Shown: positions 1-9,603 of the stretch, piece by piece
How positions within the stretch are numbered: the stretch's first letter is position 1
How the letters are laid out: each line of letters starts with the position of its first letter
Assembly: GCA_946540005.1 (NCBI GenBank)
Contig: CAMNHY010000002.1
Coordinates: forward strand, 2,780-66,779
From: an uncultured Clostridium sp.
GTDB taxonomy: Bacteria > Bacillota_I > Bacilli_A > Acholeplasmatales > Anaeroplasmataceae
Reading direction: 5' to 3'
Length of the DNA stretch: 64,000 nucleotides
Made by a program: the position numbers and the translations under genes
Notes under the pieces: generated by a model
The model's input: the letters and a program-made list of their open reading frames with translations, nothing else
The model's database searches: none
What the model was told of the DNA's origin: nothing

Positions 1-146
1 ATTTTAATTTCATTTTCTTTAGCATAGTTTAACATTTGAGTAAATGAATTTAAAACTTCATTCTTTTTACTATTTCTTATATCTCCACTTGGAAGAGATG
101 TAAGTCTTGAACCTAAATGTAGGTCTGCACAGTGTATTATTTTCAT
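1..146 (-). CDS. Metallophosphoesterase (SbcD/Mre11/YhaO-like), N-terminal fragment; the gene continues beyond the window edge
   Basis: The reverse complement from the ATG at 146 reads MKIIHCADLHLGSRLTSLPSGDIRNSKKNEVLNSFTQMLNYAKENEIKI. The DxH (CADLHLG) motif is typical of calcineurin-like phosphoesterases. Confidence 0.6.
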   Translation of the reverse strand, partial: MKIIHCADLHLGSRLTSLPSGDIRNSKKNEVLNSFTQMLNYAKENEIK

Positions 147-235
147 AATTAAACCTCTCTTACAACAAATATTCTTAATATAATTTTACCACATATATTT
201 CTTAAATAACAAAAAAACCTAAGATTTAACTTAGG

Positions 236-925
236 TTAATTAAACTTTATTTCTTTTGCAATCATAAAGCCTTTTTCTTTTGATATTTCTTTTAGTTTAT
301 CATCAGAAAAATGCATAAGATATACTCTTGATCTTAATTCTTCACTTATACAATTTTCTAAGTCAAGTAAAGAAGTATGAACACTAATATTAGGATAACT
401 TACTTCATGATAAAATAAGTCAATTTTATTATTTTTTAATTCTTCAAGAGCTAATAAATTCAATTTATTAGTATCTCCTGAATAATAGAAATTAAAATTA
501 TTAGTATATACAAGATATGAATATGAATTTGGAATATGGGAAGCTTCTAAAGCTTTCACATGAACACCAAATTCAAATATATCTATATCAGAAATTATAT
601 TAAATTCAAAAGTGGCTTCTAAATTTAAAATAGTTTCTAAATCCTTAGCTTTTGGATAAACAATTTTACAATTGATATCTTTTCTTACTAAATAAATATA
701 ATCAATTAAAGTTTCAAGACTTGAAATATGATCAGCATGTAAGTGTGTTATAAGAATTAATACATTTTTTATATCTTTAAATAAATTATAATTTATAATC
801 TTACGTGCAATTCTATCCCCACAATCTAATAAGATGAATGTGTCACCTGTAATATAATATGCACTATTATTATCATCTTTTAAATTGAAGGCTGAACCAA
901 CACCTAAAAATTTTAATTCTTCCAT
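236..925 (-). CDS. MBL-fold metallo-hydrolase
   Basis: 229-aa ORF with the canonical HxHxDH motif (THLHADH) and an N-terminal GVGSAF...DCG pattern. Confidence 0.75.
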   Translation of the reverse strand: MEELKFLGVGSAFNLKDDNNSAYYITGDTFILLDCGDRIARKIINYNLFKDIKNVLILITHLHADHISSLETLIDYIYLVRKDINCKIVYPKAKDLETILNLEATFEFNIISDIDIFEFGVHVKALEASHIPNSYSYLVYTNNFNFYYSGDTNKLNLLALEELKNNKIDLFYHEVSYPNISVHTSLLDLENCISEELRSRVYLMHFSDDKLKEISKEKGFMIAKEIKFN

Positions 926-933
926 ATTAACAC

Positions 934-1398
934 CTACTCAAAATCTATTTCCTTAATTAAATTATAACGCTTTTCTTCAATATTTGAAGGTCTTTTATAA
1001 CGAGTAGCCATTTCTTTTATTACATCTTCAGGCACCCATTTTTCTTTAATTCTTCTATGGTTACGTTTTAAGATAGTATCAATAGAAACATGAAGCATAA
1101 CAAGTTCAATATAATCTGCATTCTTAATTCTATCTAGAAAATATAGTCTTCTAGTTTCATCTAAGAATGTAGAATCTAGTACAACAGTATTATTTCCTTT
1201 TTGAAATAATTCATTTACTTCTTCTATCATCTTGTTGTATACAATACTCATATCAGGACACATCTTATCATATGAACCTGTTATTTTTAAACGTATCTCG
1301 TCACTTGATATTGTAACATGTTCTTCTTTTATATAATTTTTTTCATAAAATGATTTTCCAGTACCAGGAAGACCAGCTAAAATAATTAATTTATTCAT
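934..1398 (-). CDS. P-loop ATPase/kinase (AAA_33 / polynucleotide-kinase-like)
   Basis: 154-aa ORF with a Walker A motif (GLPGTGKS) near the N-terminus. Its size and layout fit small nucleotide/nucleic-acid kinases. Confidence 0.55.
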   Translation of the reverse strand: MNKLIILAGLPGTGKSFYEKNYIKEEHVTISSDEIRLKITGSYDKMCPDMSIVYNKMIEEVNELFQKGNNTVVLDSTFLDETRRLYFLDRIKNADYIELVMLHVSIDTILKRNHRRIKEKWVPEDVIKEMATRYKRPSNIEEKRYNLIKEIDFE

Positions 1399-2285
1399 TA
1401 TATTAATTTCTTTCTTAATTTAGATGATACTAAATCAACAATTATTACTAAAATAATTACACCAAGTAATACTGCAGATAATTCATTCCAGTGTTCATTT
1501 TGTCCATATACAGAAATTGGATAACCAACTCCACCTGCACCTACTAAACCTAGTAAGGAAGCAGTTCTTATATTTAGATCAAAACGATATAAGATTACAG
1601 ATAAGAAGTTAGGTTTAACTTGTGGTACTACTCCAAGTTTAACCTTTGTAGTAAATCCTGCTCCACAAGCTTCTAAAGCTTCAAGTGGATCATTAGATAC
1701 TAAGTCTAATTGTTCAGAATACATTTTACCAATCATACCAATTGAATGGACTGATAAAACGAATACACCAGCTAATGCACCATATCCAACAACCTTAACC
1801 ATAATATAACCAAGTAAAATTTCTGGGAATGTACGAATTACGATTAAAATTGTTTCTGATATAAATGCATATTTACCAACCATTTTGTGGCTTGCAAGAA
1901 AACCAAATGGTAATGATAAAATAGAAGCTATTGTTGTACCGATAAAGGCAATTGCAAATGTCTCAATAACTTGATAAATTACACTAGTTTTAAAACTAAA
2001 TGCACCATATCCAAAGAAATAAGCCCAGTTAGGTTTAAAGATATTTTGGCTCATATTACCAAATTTAATCCAGTTAACATGTGATGATTTATCAAATAAT
2101 TCTAAATCAAGTGCAAACCATAACATGAATCCTAAAATAATTAATGTATAGACTAGATTATAAATCAATTTTTTAGGTCTATTGTTATACGCATCTTTAA
2201 CATTTTCGAAATGTGGAAGTGTGAAATAAAATGGTTTCTTATAAAAAGGAAGTTTCTTATATTCTTTGTAATCAATAAATTTCAT
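1398..2285 (-). CDS. phnE: Phosphonate ABC transporter permease PhnE (second copy)
   Basis: Polytopic 295-aa protein, paralogous to the adjacent permease. Both share the LLGLVGAGGVG / ILGFVGAGGIG motif typical of PhnE, and the gene sits in an operon with phnC and phnD. Confidence 0.8.
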   Translation of the reverse strand: MKFIDYKEYKKLPFYKKPFYFTLPHFENVKDAYNNRPKKLIYNLVYTLIILGFMLWFALDLELFDKSSHVNWIKFGNMSQNIFKPNWAYFFGYGAFSFKTSVIYQVIETFAIAFIGTTIASILSLPFGFLASHKMVGKYAFISETILIVIRTFPEILLGYIMVKVVGYGALAGVFVLSVHSIGMIGKMYSEQLDLVSNDPLEALEACGAGFTTKVKLGVVPQVKPNFLSVILYRFDLNIRTASLLGLVGAGGVGYPISVYGQNEHWNELSAVLLGVIILVIIVDLVSSKLRKKLI

Positions 2286-2286
2286 A

Positions 2287-3186
2287 TTAGTTAGCTCTCC
2301 TTCTTAAATAACTTGAAAAGAATTGTAATGCGACAACAAGTATGAATAAAGGAATTAAAATAGCACCAACTTTATCATATTGACCACTTTCAAGCGCATT
2401 AGATAATAATTGTCCAATTCCACCTGCACCAACGAATCCTAAAATAACTGAAGCACGAATATTTATTTCAAAAATATAAATAATATTTGAAATAAACATT
2501 GGTTTAATTTGAGGGTGAATAGATATAGCATAAGCTTCTAATCTATTTGCACCATTTGATATACTAGCTTCAAATGGTCCCATATCTACAGTTTCAATAT
2601 ATTCATACATTAATTTAAACATTACACCAGCTGTGAATAAAGACATTGCAAATATACCAGCATTCTCATTAAATCCGAAGAATACTGTACCTATAATTGC
2701 AAGTACAAAGGTAGGAATTGTTCTAAAGAAGTTTACAATTAAACGAACAGGTATATAGATACGTTTCTTTTCAACAACATTTGACGCACTTAAAATATAT
2801 AGAGGAACTGAAATCATTACACCAATTATAGTTGCAAGATATACCATCTTAACTGTATCAAATATACGAGGAACTGCCGTATTAAATAAATAATCTTTAT
2901 ATCCTTCACTTGTCTTTAAACTCCATTTTGATGGGACAAATAATTGTTTAATCAAAATAGGGAATTGGTCTAACTTAATTTTATTGTTACCTACAACGAA
3001 AGTAAGACAAATTGCAAAAACTATTGCGAATAAAATTAAACCAGGAATAAACATACTTCTCTTCTTTTGAATAGTTTTAATTTCACCATTAAGAGATGTA
3101 AAAGAAACATTTTTAATTGTTAATTTTTTATATAAATTAGATACTTTCTCTTTAAAAGGAGTTTTATTTTGAGTTTCGTTTGACAT
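2287..3186 (-). CDS. phnE: Phosphonate ABC transporter permease PhnE (first copy)
   Basis: 299-aa polytopic protein with the PhnE-type motif ILGFVGAGGIGQ, directly downstream of phnC. Confidence 0.8.
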   Translation of the reverse strand: MSNETQNKTPFKEKVSNLYKKLTIKNVSFTSLNGEIKTIQKKRSMFIPGLILFAIVFAICLTFVVGNNKIKLDQFPILIKQLFVPSKWSLKTSEGYKDYLFNTAVPRIFDTVKMVYLATIIGVMISVPLYILSASNVVEKKRIYIPVRLIVNFFRTIPTFVLAIIGTVFFGFNENAGIFAMSLFTAGVMFKLMYEYIETVDMGPFEASISNGANRLEAYAISIHPQIKPMFISNIIYIFEINIRASVILGFVGAGGIGQLLSNALESGQYDKVGAILIPLFILVVALQFFSSYLRRRAN

Positions 3187-3189
3187 ATA

Positions 3190-3963
3190 CTACTCCTCAA
3201 TATTTCCTAAATTTTCTTCTTTACCAGGTAAACGACCATATATTTCTCTTAATACATCATCATTTACTTCACTAGGTTTACCATCAAATACGATACGACC
3301 AGCTTTAACACCTAAAATACGTGTTGCATATTTTAGTGATAAATCAACGTGGTGCATGTTAGCTACAATAGTAATACCTAATTCTTGATTTATTCTCTTA
3401 AAATCATTCATAACTTCAACAGTTGTAACAGGGTCTAGGGAAGCTACAGGTTCATCTGCAAGAATTATATTAGGTTCTTGAGTTAATGCACGTGCAAGAG
3501 CTACTCTTTGTTGTTGACCACCTGATAGTTGATCAGCACGAACATAAGCCTTATCTAGAATTCCTAATTTATCTAATGATTGAAGAGCTAAATTCTTTTC
3601 ATCTTTTGAATAATGATTGAAAAGACAACCCCAAGTTGAATGATATCCAACACGACCTGATAAAACATTTTTGAATACAGTAGAACGCTTTACCAAATTA
3701 AATGATTGGAAAATCATACCAATATGTTTTCTTACCTCTCTAAGTTCTTTTCCCTTAACAGTTCCCATATCTACTCCATTAACGCTTAAAGTTCCACCCT
3801 CAATTGAGTGCATCTTATTAATTGTACGAATTAATGTAGATTTTCCGGCACCTGATAATCCAATGATGCATACAAAGTCCTTATCATTAATTGTTAAATT
3901 AATATCAGATAATCCCTTGTAACCGTTAGGATAAATTTTGTCAACATGTTCAAACTTAATCAT
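3190..3963 (-). CDS. phnC: Phosphonate ABC transporter ATP-binding protein PhnC
   Basis: Walker A (GLSGAGKST), ABC signature (LSGGQQQRVALARAL), Walker B (ILADEPVASLD) and the PhnC-typical MIFQSFNLV...VLSGR stretch. Confidence 0.9.
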   Translation of the reverse strand: MIKFEHVDKIYPNGYKGLSDINLTINDKDFVCIIGLSGAGKSTLIRTINKMHSIEGGTLSVNGVDMGTVKGKELREVRKHIGMIFQSFNLVKRSTVFKNVLSGRVGYHSTWGCLFNHYSKDEKNLALQSLDKLGILDKAYVRADQLSGGQQQRVALARALTQEPNIILADEPVASLDPVTTVEVMNDFKRINQELGITIVANMHHVDLSLKYATRILGVKAGRIVFDGKPSEVNDDVLREIYGRLPGKEENLGNIEE

Positions 3964-4035
3964 GATTTTTTAGTTTCCTTTCGTAAAAAAAATAGGAGAT
4001 TAAGAATACCTTAATCTCCTAGAAAATAATGTAGA

Positions 4036-5133
4036 TTACTTAATTAAATTCTTATCTACACAATATTGATAGAATTCTCTTTCGCCATTAAAGTCAGCGT
4101 CTTTTGCGATAGTATATCCTGTATGTGAATATACTTCATATAATAAGTAAGATCCGCTTTCTTTATATTGGTCACTATTCTTATCTAAGTCAATTCCATC
4201 AGTTACAGCTTTTTGGAAAGCAGTCTTAACTGCTTGCTTCTTCGCATCTGATAAGTTAGATCTAAATGAGATAGTATCGTTATAAATACCATCAGTAATA
4301 GCAACTACTTTTGAGTTAGTAAAGATTTCTTCATTATGATACCATTCGCTTCCAGCCTTGTTGTATGCATTTGCATAACGAACATCTGTAAACATCCAGA
4401 ATCCAGCAATTTGTTCTTGAAGCATAGCAGTTAATGCTGCATCATAACCATTCATTTGTAATCCTCTAATTTGGTTATTCTTGCTAGAATCTAGTGTATC
4501 AACCATTTCCATTCCATTGTCATTAAGATACTTTAAAGGTCTAAGATAACCGGCACCACTTGTAGGACCTTGTCTACCAATTGTAAGACCTGCTAAATCG
4601 TGAACATCGATCTTACCGTCACCGTTATTATCTACATAATATTTATTACTTACAACAAGCATACTTGTATAGTAATTAACGTCCTCTGTAGATTGTTGAC
4701 CTAGATATTTGTAGCCTTCAATTTCGCCATTCATAGCTTTAATTTGTTCAGCTTCTGTCTTATAGTCAACTTGGACTTGATATCCCTTTCTTACTGAAGT
4801 TAATGCTACTTCAATCTTACCAGGATTTTTTAAAGTAGCTTCTGCATAACCAGATGCTGTTAAGAAACCAACATCTACTTGGTCAGAAAGCATTGCTTCT
4901 GTTGTTGCTGCATAGCTTGTACCTGTTGTAATTTTAAACTTAAATTCTGGAGCATATTTCTCTAGAACTGGCTCAAGCTTACTAGCTAATGTTGCAAGTT
5001 GTCCTGCATCACGTGAAGGAACGAATTGAATATTAATTACATTATCCTCGCTTCCACAAGATGTCAATGCTACTGAACCTGCAATAGCTAATGTAGCAAC
5101 TGATGCTACTTTTTTTATTAAATTTTGTTTCAT
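4036..5133 (-). CDS. phnD: Phosphonate/phosphite ABC substrate-binding lipoprotein PhnD
   Basis: Signal peptide with a lipobox (LTSCGS). The PhnD-like segment TGTSYAATTEAMLSDQVDVGFL is present, and this is the first gene of the phnDCEE operon. Confidence 0.8.
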   Translation of the reverse strand: MKQNLIKKVASVATLAIAGSVALTSCGSEDNVINIQFVPSRDAGQLATLASKLEPVLEKYAPEFKFKITTGTSYAATTEAMLSDQVDVGFLTASGYAEATLKNPGKIEVALTSVRKGYQVQVDYKTEAEQIKAMNGEIEGYKYLGQQSTEDVNYYTSMLVVSNKYYVDNNGDGKIDVHDLAGLTIGRQGPTSGAGYLRPLKYLNDNGMEMVDTLDSSKNNQIRGLQMNGYDAALTAMLQEQIAGFWMFTDVRYANAYNKAGSEWYHNEEIFTNSKVVAITDGIYNDTISFRSNLSDAKKQAVKTAFQKAVTDGIDLDKNSDQYKESGSYLLYEVYSHTGYTIAKDADFNGEREFYQYCVDKNLIK

Positions 5134-5304
5134 GTGTATCTCCTATACTTTTATTTGTTTCTTGTGCTTTAATAATTCAACGCACGTGATAATTATATGC
5201 TTTAAGTTTTAAAAAGAAAACATTAAATTTTATGTGAAACGTTTACATTTTCAACTTTTTTCTTCATTCGATTTTATTCGATTTTTTTACTTTAAATAAG
5301 ACAT

Positions 5305-5361
5305 GAAAAAAGAAAAAAAGATTTCTATAATCAATCATTAAAATGATAAATAGAAATCTTT
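5305..5361 (-). terminator. Rho-independent terminator after the 5369..6850 gene
   Basis: 12-bp perfect stem (AAAGATTTCTAT / ATAGAAATCTTT at 5317-5328 and 5350-5361), followed on the minus strand by TTTTTCTTTTTT. Confidence 0.7.
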
Positions 5362-5368
5362 CAATTTA

Positions 5369-6850
5369 TTATAAATTTAGTTCATTTTCTTTTTCAATTA
5401 CATTAGTTTCAACTTCAATATTATTATCAATGAAATTTTCTTCAGTAACATCTTTTTCTAATAAAGGCTTTTTATCAATTTGAGCTGGTTCTAAATTATT
5501 ATAAATTTCCGCATCAATCTTATCTTTATTATTTTCCATTTCAGTAATAGTTCTAATTACAGAAGAAACTAAATTTAACCTACTCTTTTCAGTTTCAGTA
5601 AGTTTATTAAATGATATACCCTTTTCTGTTTTATAGTCAAAATATGCAATTGATTTTTCTTTCAAATTTTCTTTATTTAAAAAATTTTCTGACCTAGGAT
5701 CATTATATTCTTCTAACGCTTTAATAAATCTCTTATATTCTACTGAAGTAGTATTAAATATTCTTTCAAAGATTCCACCTTTGTTAGCATTTTTAATTCT
5801 TTCAAAATTATATACTTCTTTATTATAATTTGCAGATAAATGTTTTTGCCAAACACGAGAATATTCTTTTTCATATGCGTCATTAATTTTCATGATTTTT
5901 TTAATTTCTTCAGGCTGTCTTTCTCTAACGCATAGATCACCTTTTTCATTTAATTTTTTAATTCCATCTACAAGTGAAATTTCTGTTTCTGTATTAGTTT
6001 TTTCATCATGTGATAAAGCTTGATATCTTACAAAAAAACCTTTACCAAGCTTATATTGATGATCTAATACAGTTTTGAATGATTCTTTAATTTTATCTTT
6101 TGCACCAACATCTAATTTATGTGAAAAGATTCTTCTATAAGGGCTTTCTTCTTTCATATAATCAGGATTAGCATTAATAAGTATAGCAACCTGTTCACTA
6201 GATAATTTTGGCATAACTAATTCATCACATTCAATCATTGTTTTTGTATATGATAGTGGATATGAAAGTGTTTCAATTAGTTTAACCATTCCCATATATG
6301 ATGATTTCAATTCTGGACTCAATTTATTTTCAGGTGCTCCCATAGAAGCTGCAAACACAAATGCATCTTCACATAATTCTTGATTATTTAAATAAAATTC
6401 AGCTAATTTTTGTTTATCATCAATGACATCTAGAAGCTTTTGAGGATCAAATTCTAAAACCTTCTTATATCTTTGATAAAAAACTTTTTCAGGCTTATCT
6501 AAATATTCATTATAAAACTTCTTATTATATTCTTTAGCCTCTGCTGTATTTTCAGTTTTAAATCCGTACCAAATAGTACGAGGTAATACATTTTTTTCTT
6601 CATCAATTGGCTTTTCATTTTTAAGTTTGGTATAAATTTCTTTTTGTCTATTTAAATGAGTTTTAATTTTTTCTAAAGTTTTATAATATTTAACTTCATT
6701 TTTATCTTCTAATTTTTGAATTAAAGATTCATCATATTTTACTTTAAATTCATCAGGTAAATACTTATTAAATTCATCTACTACGGCCTTATGCTTATTA
6801 AGTATCATTTTTTTCTCATTATCTTTTAATAAATATTCATCATTAGGCAT
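5369..6850 (-). CDS. Paralog-family protein A; function unknown, no signal peptide, shared C-terminal KGG...TSxEY module and acidic tail
   Basis: The ORF track gives 5369..6868. I prefer the ATG at 6850 (MPNDEYLL) because AGGTGG sits 6 nt upstream and the paralog at 38917..40440 begins MPKKYLGL. The protein is collinear with that paralog along its whole length. Confidence 0.85.
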   Translation of the reverse strand: MPNDEYLLKDNEKKMILNKHKAVVDEFNKYLPDEFKVKYDESLIQKLEDKNEVKYYKTLEKIKTHLNRQKEIYTKLKNEKPIDEEKNVLPRTIWYGFKTENTAEAKEYNKKFYNEYLDKPEKVFYQRYKKVLEFDPQKLLDVIDDKQKLAEFYLNNQELCEDAFVFAASMGAPENKLSPELKSSYMGMVKLIETLSYPLSYTKTMIECDELVMPKLSSEQVAILINANPDYMKEESPYRRIFSHKLDVGAKDKIKESFKTVLDHQYKLGKGFFVRYQALSHDEKTNTETEISLVDGIKKLNEKGDLCVRERQPEEIKKIMKINDAYEKEYSRVWQKHLSANYNKEVYNFERIKNANKGGIFERIFNTTSVEYKRFIKALEEYNDPRSENFLNKENLKEKSIAYFDYKTEKGISFNKLTETEKSRLNLVSSVIRTITEMENNKDKIDAEIYNNLEPAQIDKKPLLEKDVTEENFIDNNIEVETNVIEKENELNL

Positions 6851-6911
6851 ATTGATTCCACCTTTCATATTTAAAGAATAACAAATGAATGATATTTCAT
6901 TTTACAAAAAT

Positions 6912-6947
6912 ATAATAACATAATAGATGCCACAAACCTGCAACAAA
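6912..6947 (-). promoter_or_regulatory. Direct-repeat promoter element, site 1 (TTTGTTGC-AGG-TTTGTGGC, then 11 nt, then TATTAT)
   Basis: Repeat core at 6929..6947 and -10 at 6912..6917, with a TG extension. The architecture matches the six other sites. Confidence 0.75.
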
Positions 6948-6971
6948 CAAAGATAAATTAGTTTCATATTT

Positions 6972-7009
6972 AAAAAATGAATGAAAAGAAGATTAGCTTT
7001 TCACTCATT
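6972..7009 (-). terminator. Rho-independent terminator after the 7036..9585 gene
   Basis: 13-bp stem with one mismatch (6976-6988 / 6997-7009), followed on the minus strand by TTTTTT. Confidence 0.65.
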
Positions 7010-7035
7010 TTTCAATATAAATTTTTAACTAATTT

Positions 7036-9585
7036 TTAGTTATCATTATTGCTTAAATTTTTCTCATTAACTAGTTGTTCTTCTATATTTTCAATGTTAT
7101 TATCTATGAATTTATCATCCACATCATTTTTAAGTTTACTTTCAAAACTATTTGCAAATACAGGAGAATTTGGATCTGCAGCTGCAAAATCACTTATAGC
7201 AGTTCCTACAAAAATATTATTATCTAATAAATTCATTCTATAATCATAATATTCTTTTGGGATTCTGCAGTAATTATATTCTACACTAAGCTGTGATTTC
7301 AAATTATTAACTGTCTCAGTTCTATACGCCTTTAAATTGTCATATTCTCTTTGTTTAGCTTCAACAACTTGCATATCATTACTTGTATCCATTAATTTAC
7401 TCGCTTTAAGCATTTTTTCAGTTAATAATTGCATATCTCTATTAACTGTTTCATCACGATTTAGAATTTCTCTATCAACTAATATTTTACCATTTTCATC
7501 CTTGAAGCACTTAGCATAATTTTTATATTTACCACGGCGATATGTAGCGTTAATTTCATCAACTTTCTTTATATCTTCTTCATAGTTTTCAACAGCTTCA
7601 TCTTTTTCTTTTTTAAGACTCTTTACAACCTGAATAAAATTATCAACTTTATTGACTAAGTTAACTCTTGCTAAATCTTTTCCTGTTAAACGAGTTAATA
7701 AATTACCTTTTTCATCTAATACACCATCACGTCTTTTTTCAGACTTATAAACATCAACATATCTTTGCATGTCTTCAAGTGCTTGTAATTTTTCTTCTTC
7801 ATCTTTAGCTTCATGATATTCAAATAATGAATGTAATACATTTTGATATCTTGTAGATGTACCAAATAAAGGCTTTACAGCTCTAGCTTCTTGATATAAA
7901 GAATCACCTTGTTTAAGTTTATAATTAAATGTAGCTACCTTTTCATCTTTTAATTCTGCTAATCTTTCATTTGGTAAGGCTTCATTATGAACAAGTTCGA
8001 AAACTGTTTTAGCTTTATCAAAAATATTATTAACATTTTCGCTTAAAGCTTCAAGTGATACCTTTTCCCAATCATTTTTTGTCATAATAGTAATAGCTGG
8101 AGTATTAGCATTTATAGAGGCATCTATTTTATTTTCACCATTAAACGTGATTCCTTTTTTAATTGCTTCTTGTAACTTACTAGTTCTATTCCATGCAGAA
8201 TCGATTTCTTCTTTATTTAATCCATATCCTAGTAAAGTAGCTTTTAGTGTTTCTTCTTCTAATGCTAAAACACGTGTAGCCATTTCTTCATCTATTACTT
8301 TCATAAAATTAAGAGCTGTTAATTCATTAACATTTTCTCTTATATTATCATCACCTCTAAGGAATGATGCATCATTATCAATACCTTGTACTCCAATAAA
8401 TTTATGAGTTACAGGATCAAATTGATAAAACATATTACCTGCATGTCTATCTATATTACCACATATATAATCAATTACCTGAAGATTAGCTAAGGATTTT
8501 TTCGCCTCTGGAGTATCAAAATCCTCCATTTTCATATCTCTCATGCCATCAACTGCAGGAAGAGTGCTAACATCTTTTCCTTTTGCAAAATTCATAAATG
8601 TTCCTTCAATAAATTCTTTATGTCCATCTTTATTGATTTCAATTACAACAGATCTAGATTTTGCTAAAGAATCATCTTTATTAAGAATATGTGCGATTCC
8701 ACTCATGGCGCTATTACGTTTATCAATATTATCGCCTTTTTTAAGACCTAAATTAGTTTCATTTATTAAGACACTACTCAACCAAGACTTTGCCTTTTTA
8801 TTTAATTCAGCATTAGCATAAATAAATTCTTCATCATCACTAAATTTTAATAATATTTCTTGGTCAATATCAACTGTAGTAAGTATCTCTCGAATATAAT
8901 TTTCATTAGGATTTCCATTAACAATAGGCTTTTCTGCAGGAGGTGCAGAAATGTCTCTAAAAGTTTCATTATTATTAACAGCTAAAAAATATTCTTTAAA
9001 CTTTGGATATCTGAAAATCATCTCGTTAATAATATCATTACGTTCTTTATCAGCATCAAAGAATTTGTTAGGTGTAAATACTCCTTCTACCTTTTGGCCA
9101 TCAATATCAATAGTTAAGTTAGTTCTAACACTTAAATTTCCACCTAATTGTTTTAACTCATCACTAGTAACAGGTACAATTTTATTTTTAAAATTGTCCA
9201 TCATATCCTTTAAGCTCTTATCAGAATTAACTTCTGCATTTTGGAATTCAACATATGCTTGTGATAAAAATTCTTCATTAATATTATTAACTAATTCCTT
9301 ACGAATTTTATCATTGATTAAATCATCTGAATCAAATTCTTTTTTTGAAAAAACTGCAGAAGCTTTAATCGCATCTTTGAATTGTTCTTCTAATCTTTCT
9401 TTTCCACCATCATCAAAAGGTTTATATTGATTCTCTTCATTTGGTGTATAATATTCTTCTAAAGAATTAATTAATCTACCTAATTTTTCAAGATAATCAT
9501 TCCATTCCAGATTATTTAAATTCCCCTTTATATTTTCATCCTCATTAATAAATCTCATCACATTTTTAATGTAATCTATTTTCAT
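7036..9585 (-). CDS. Paralog-family protein F; large signal-less protein with a PI3/PI4-kinase-like catalytic-loop motif
   Basis: 849-aa ORF with RBS AAGGAGG 7 nt upstream of the ATG. Residues 371-408 read IDYICGNIDRHAGNMFYQFDPVTHKFIGVQGIDNDASF, a DRHxxN ... IDxD pattern. The C-terminus has a GTSTRYQNVL module and an acidic tail like the paralogs. Confidence 0.85.
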   Translation of the reverse strand: MKIDYIKNVMRFINEDENIKGNLNNLEWNDYLEKLGRLINSLEEYYTPNEENQYKPFDDGGKERLEEQFKDAIKASAVFSKKEFDSDDLINDKIRKELVNNINEEFLSQAYVEFQNAEVNSDKSLKDMMDNFKNKIVPVTSDELKQLGGNLSVRTNLTIDIDGQKVEGVFTPNKFFDADKERNDIINEMIFRYPKFKEYFLAVNNNETFRDISAPPAEKPIVNGNPNENYIREILTTVDIDQEILLKFSDDEEFIYANAELNKKAKSWLSSVLINETNLGLKKGDNIDKRNSAMSGIAHILNKDDSLAKSRSVVIEINKDGHKEFIEGTFMNFAKGKDVSTLPAVDGMRDMKMEDFDTPEAKKSLANLQVIDYICGNIDRHAGNMFYQFDPVTHKFIGVQGIDNDASFLRGDDNIRENVNELTALNFMKVIDEEMATRVLALEEETLKATLLGYGLNKEEIDSAWNRTSKLQEAIKKGITFNGENKIDASINANTPAITIMTKNDWEKVSLEALSENVNNIFDKAKTVFELVHNEALPNERLAELKDEKVATFNYKLKQGDSLYQEARAVKPLFGTSTRYQNVLHSLFEYHEAKDEEEKLQALEDMQRYVDVYKSEKRRDGVLDEKGNLLTRLTGKDLARVNLVNKVDNFIQVVKSLKKEKDEAVENYEEDIKKVDEINATYRRGKYKNYAKCFKDENGKILVDREILNRDETVNRDMQLLTEKMLKASKLMDTSNDMQVVEAKQREYDNLKAYRTETVNNLKSQLSVEYNYCRIPKEYYDYRMNLLDNNIFVGTAISDFAAADPNSPVFANSFESKLKNDVDDKFIDNNIENIEEQLVNEKNLSNNDN

Positions 9586-9603
9586 TTTAAAACCTCCTTA
9601 AAT

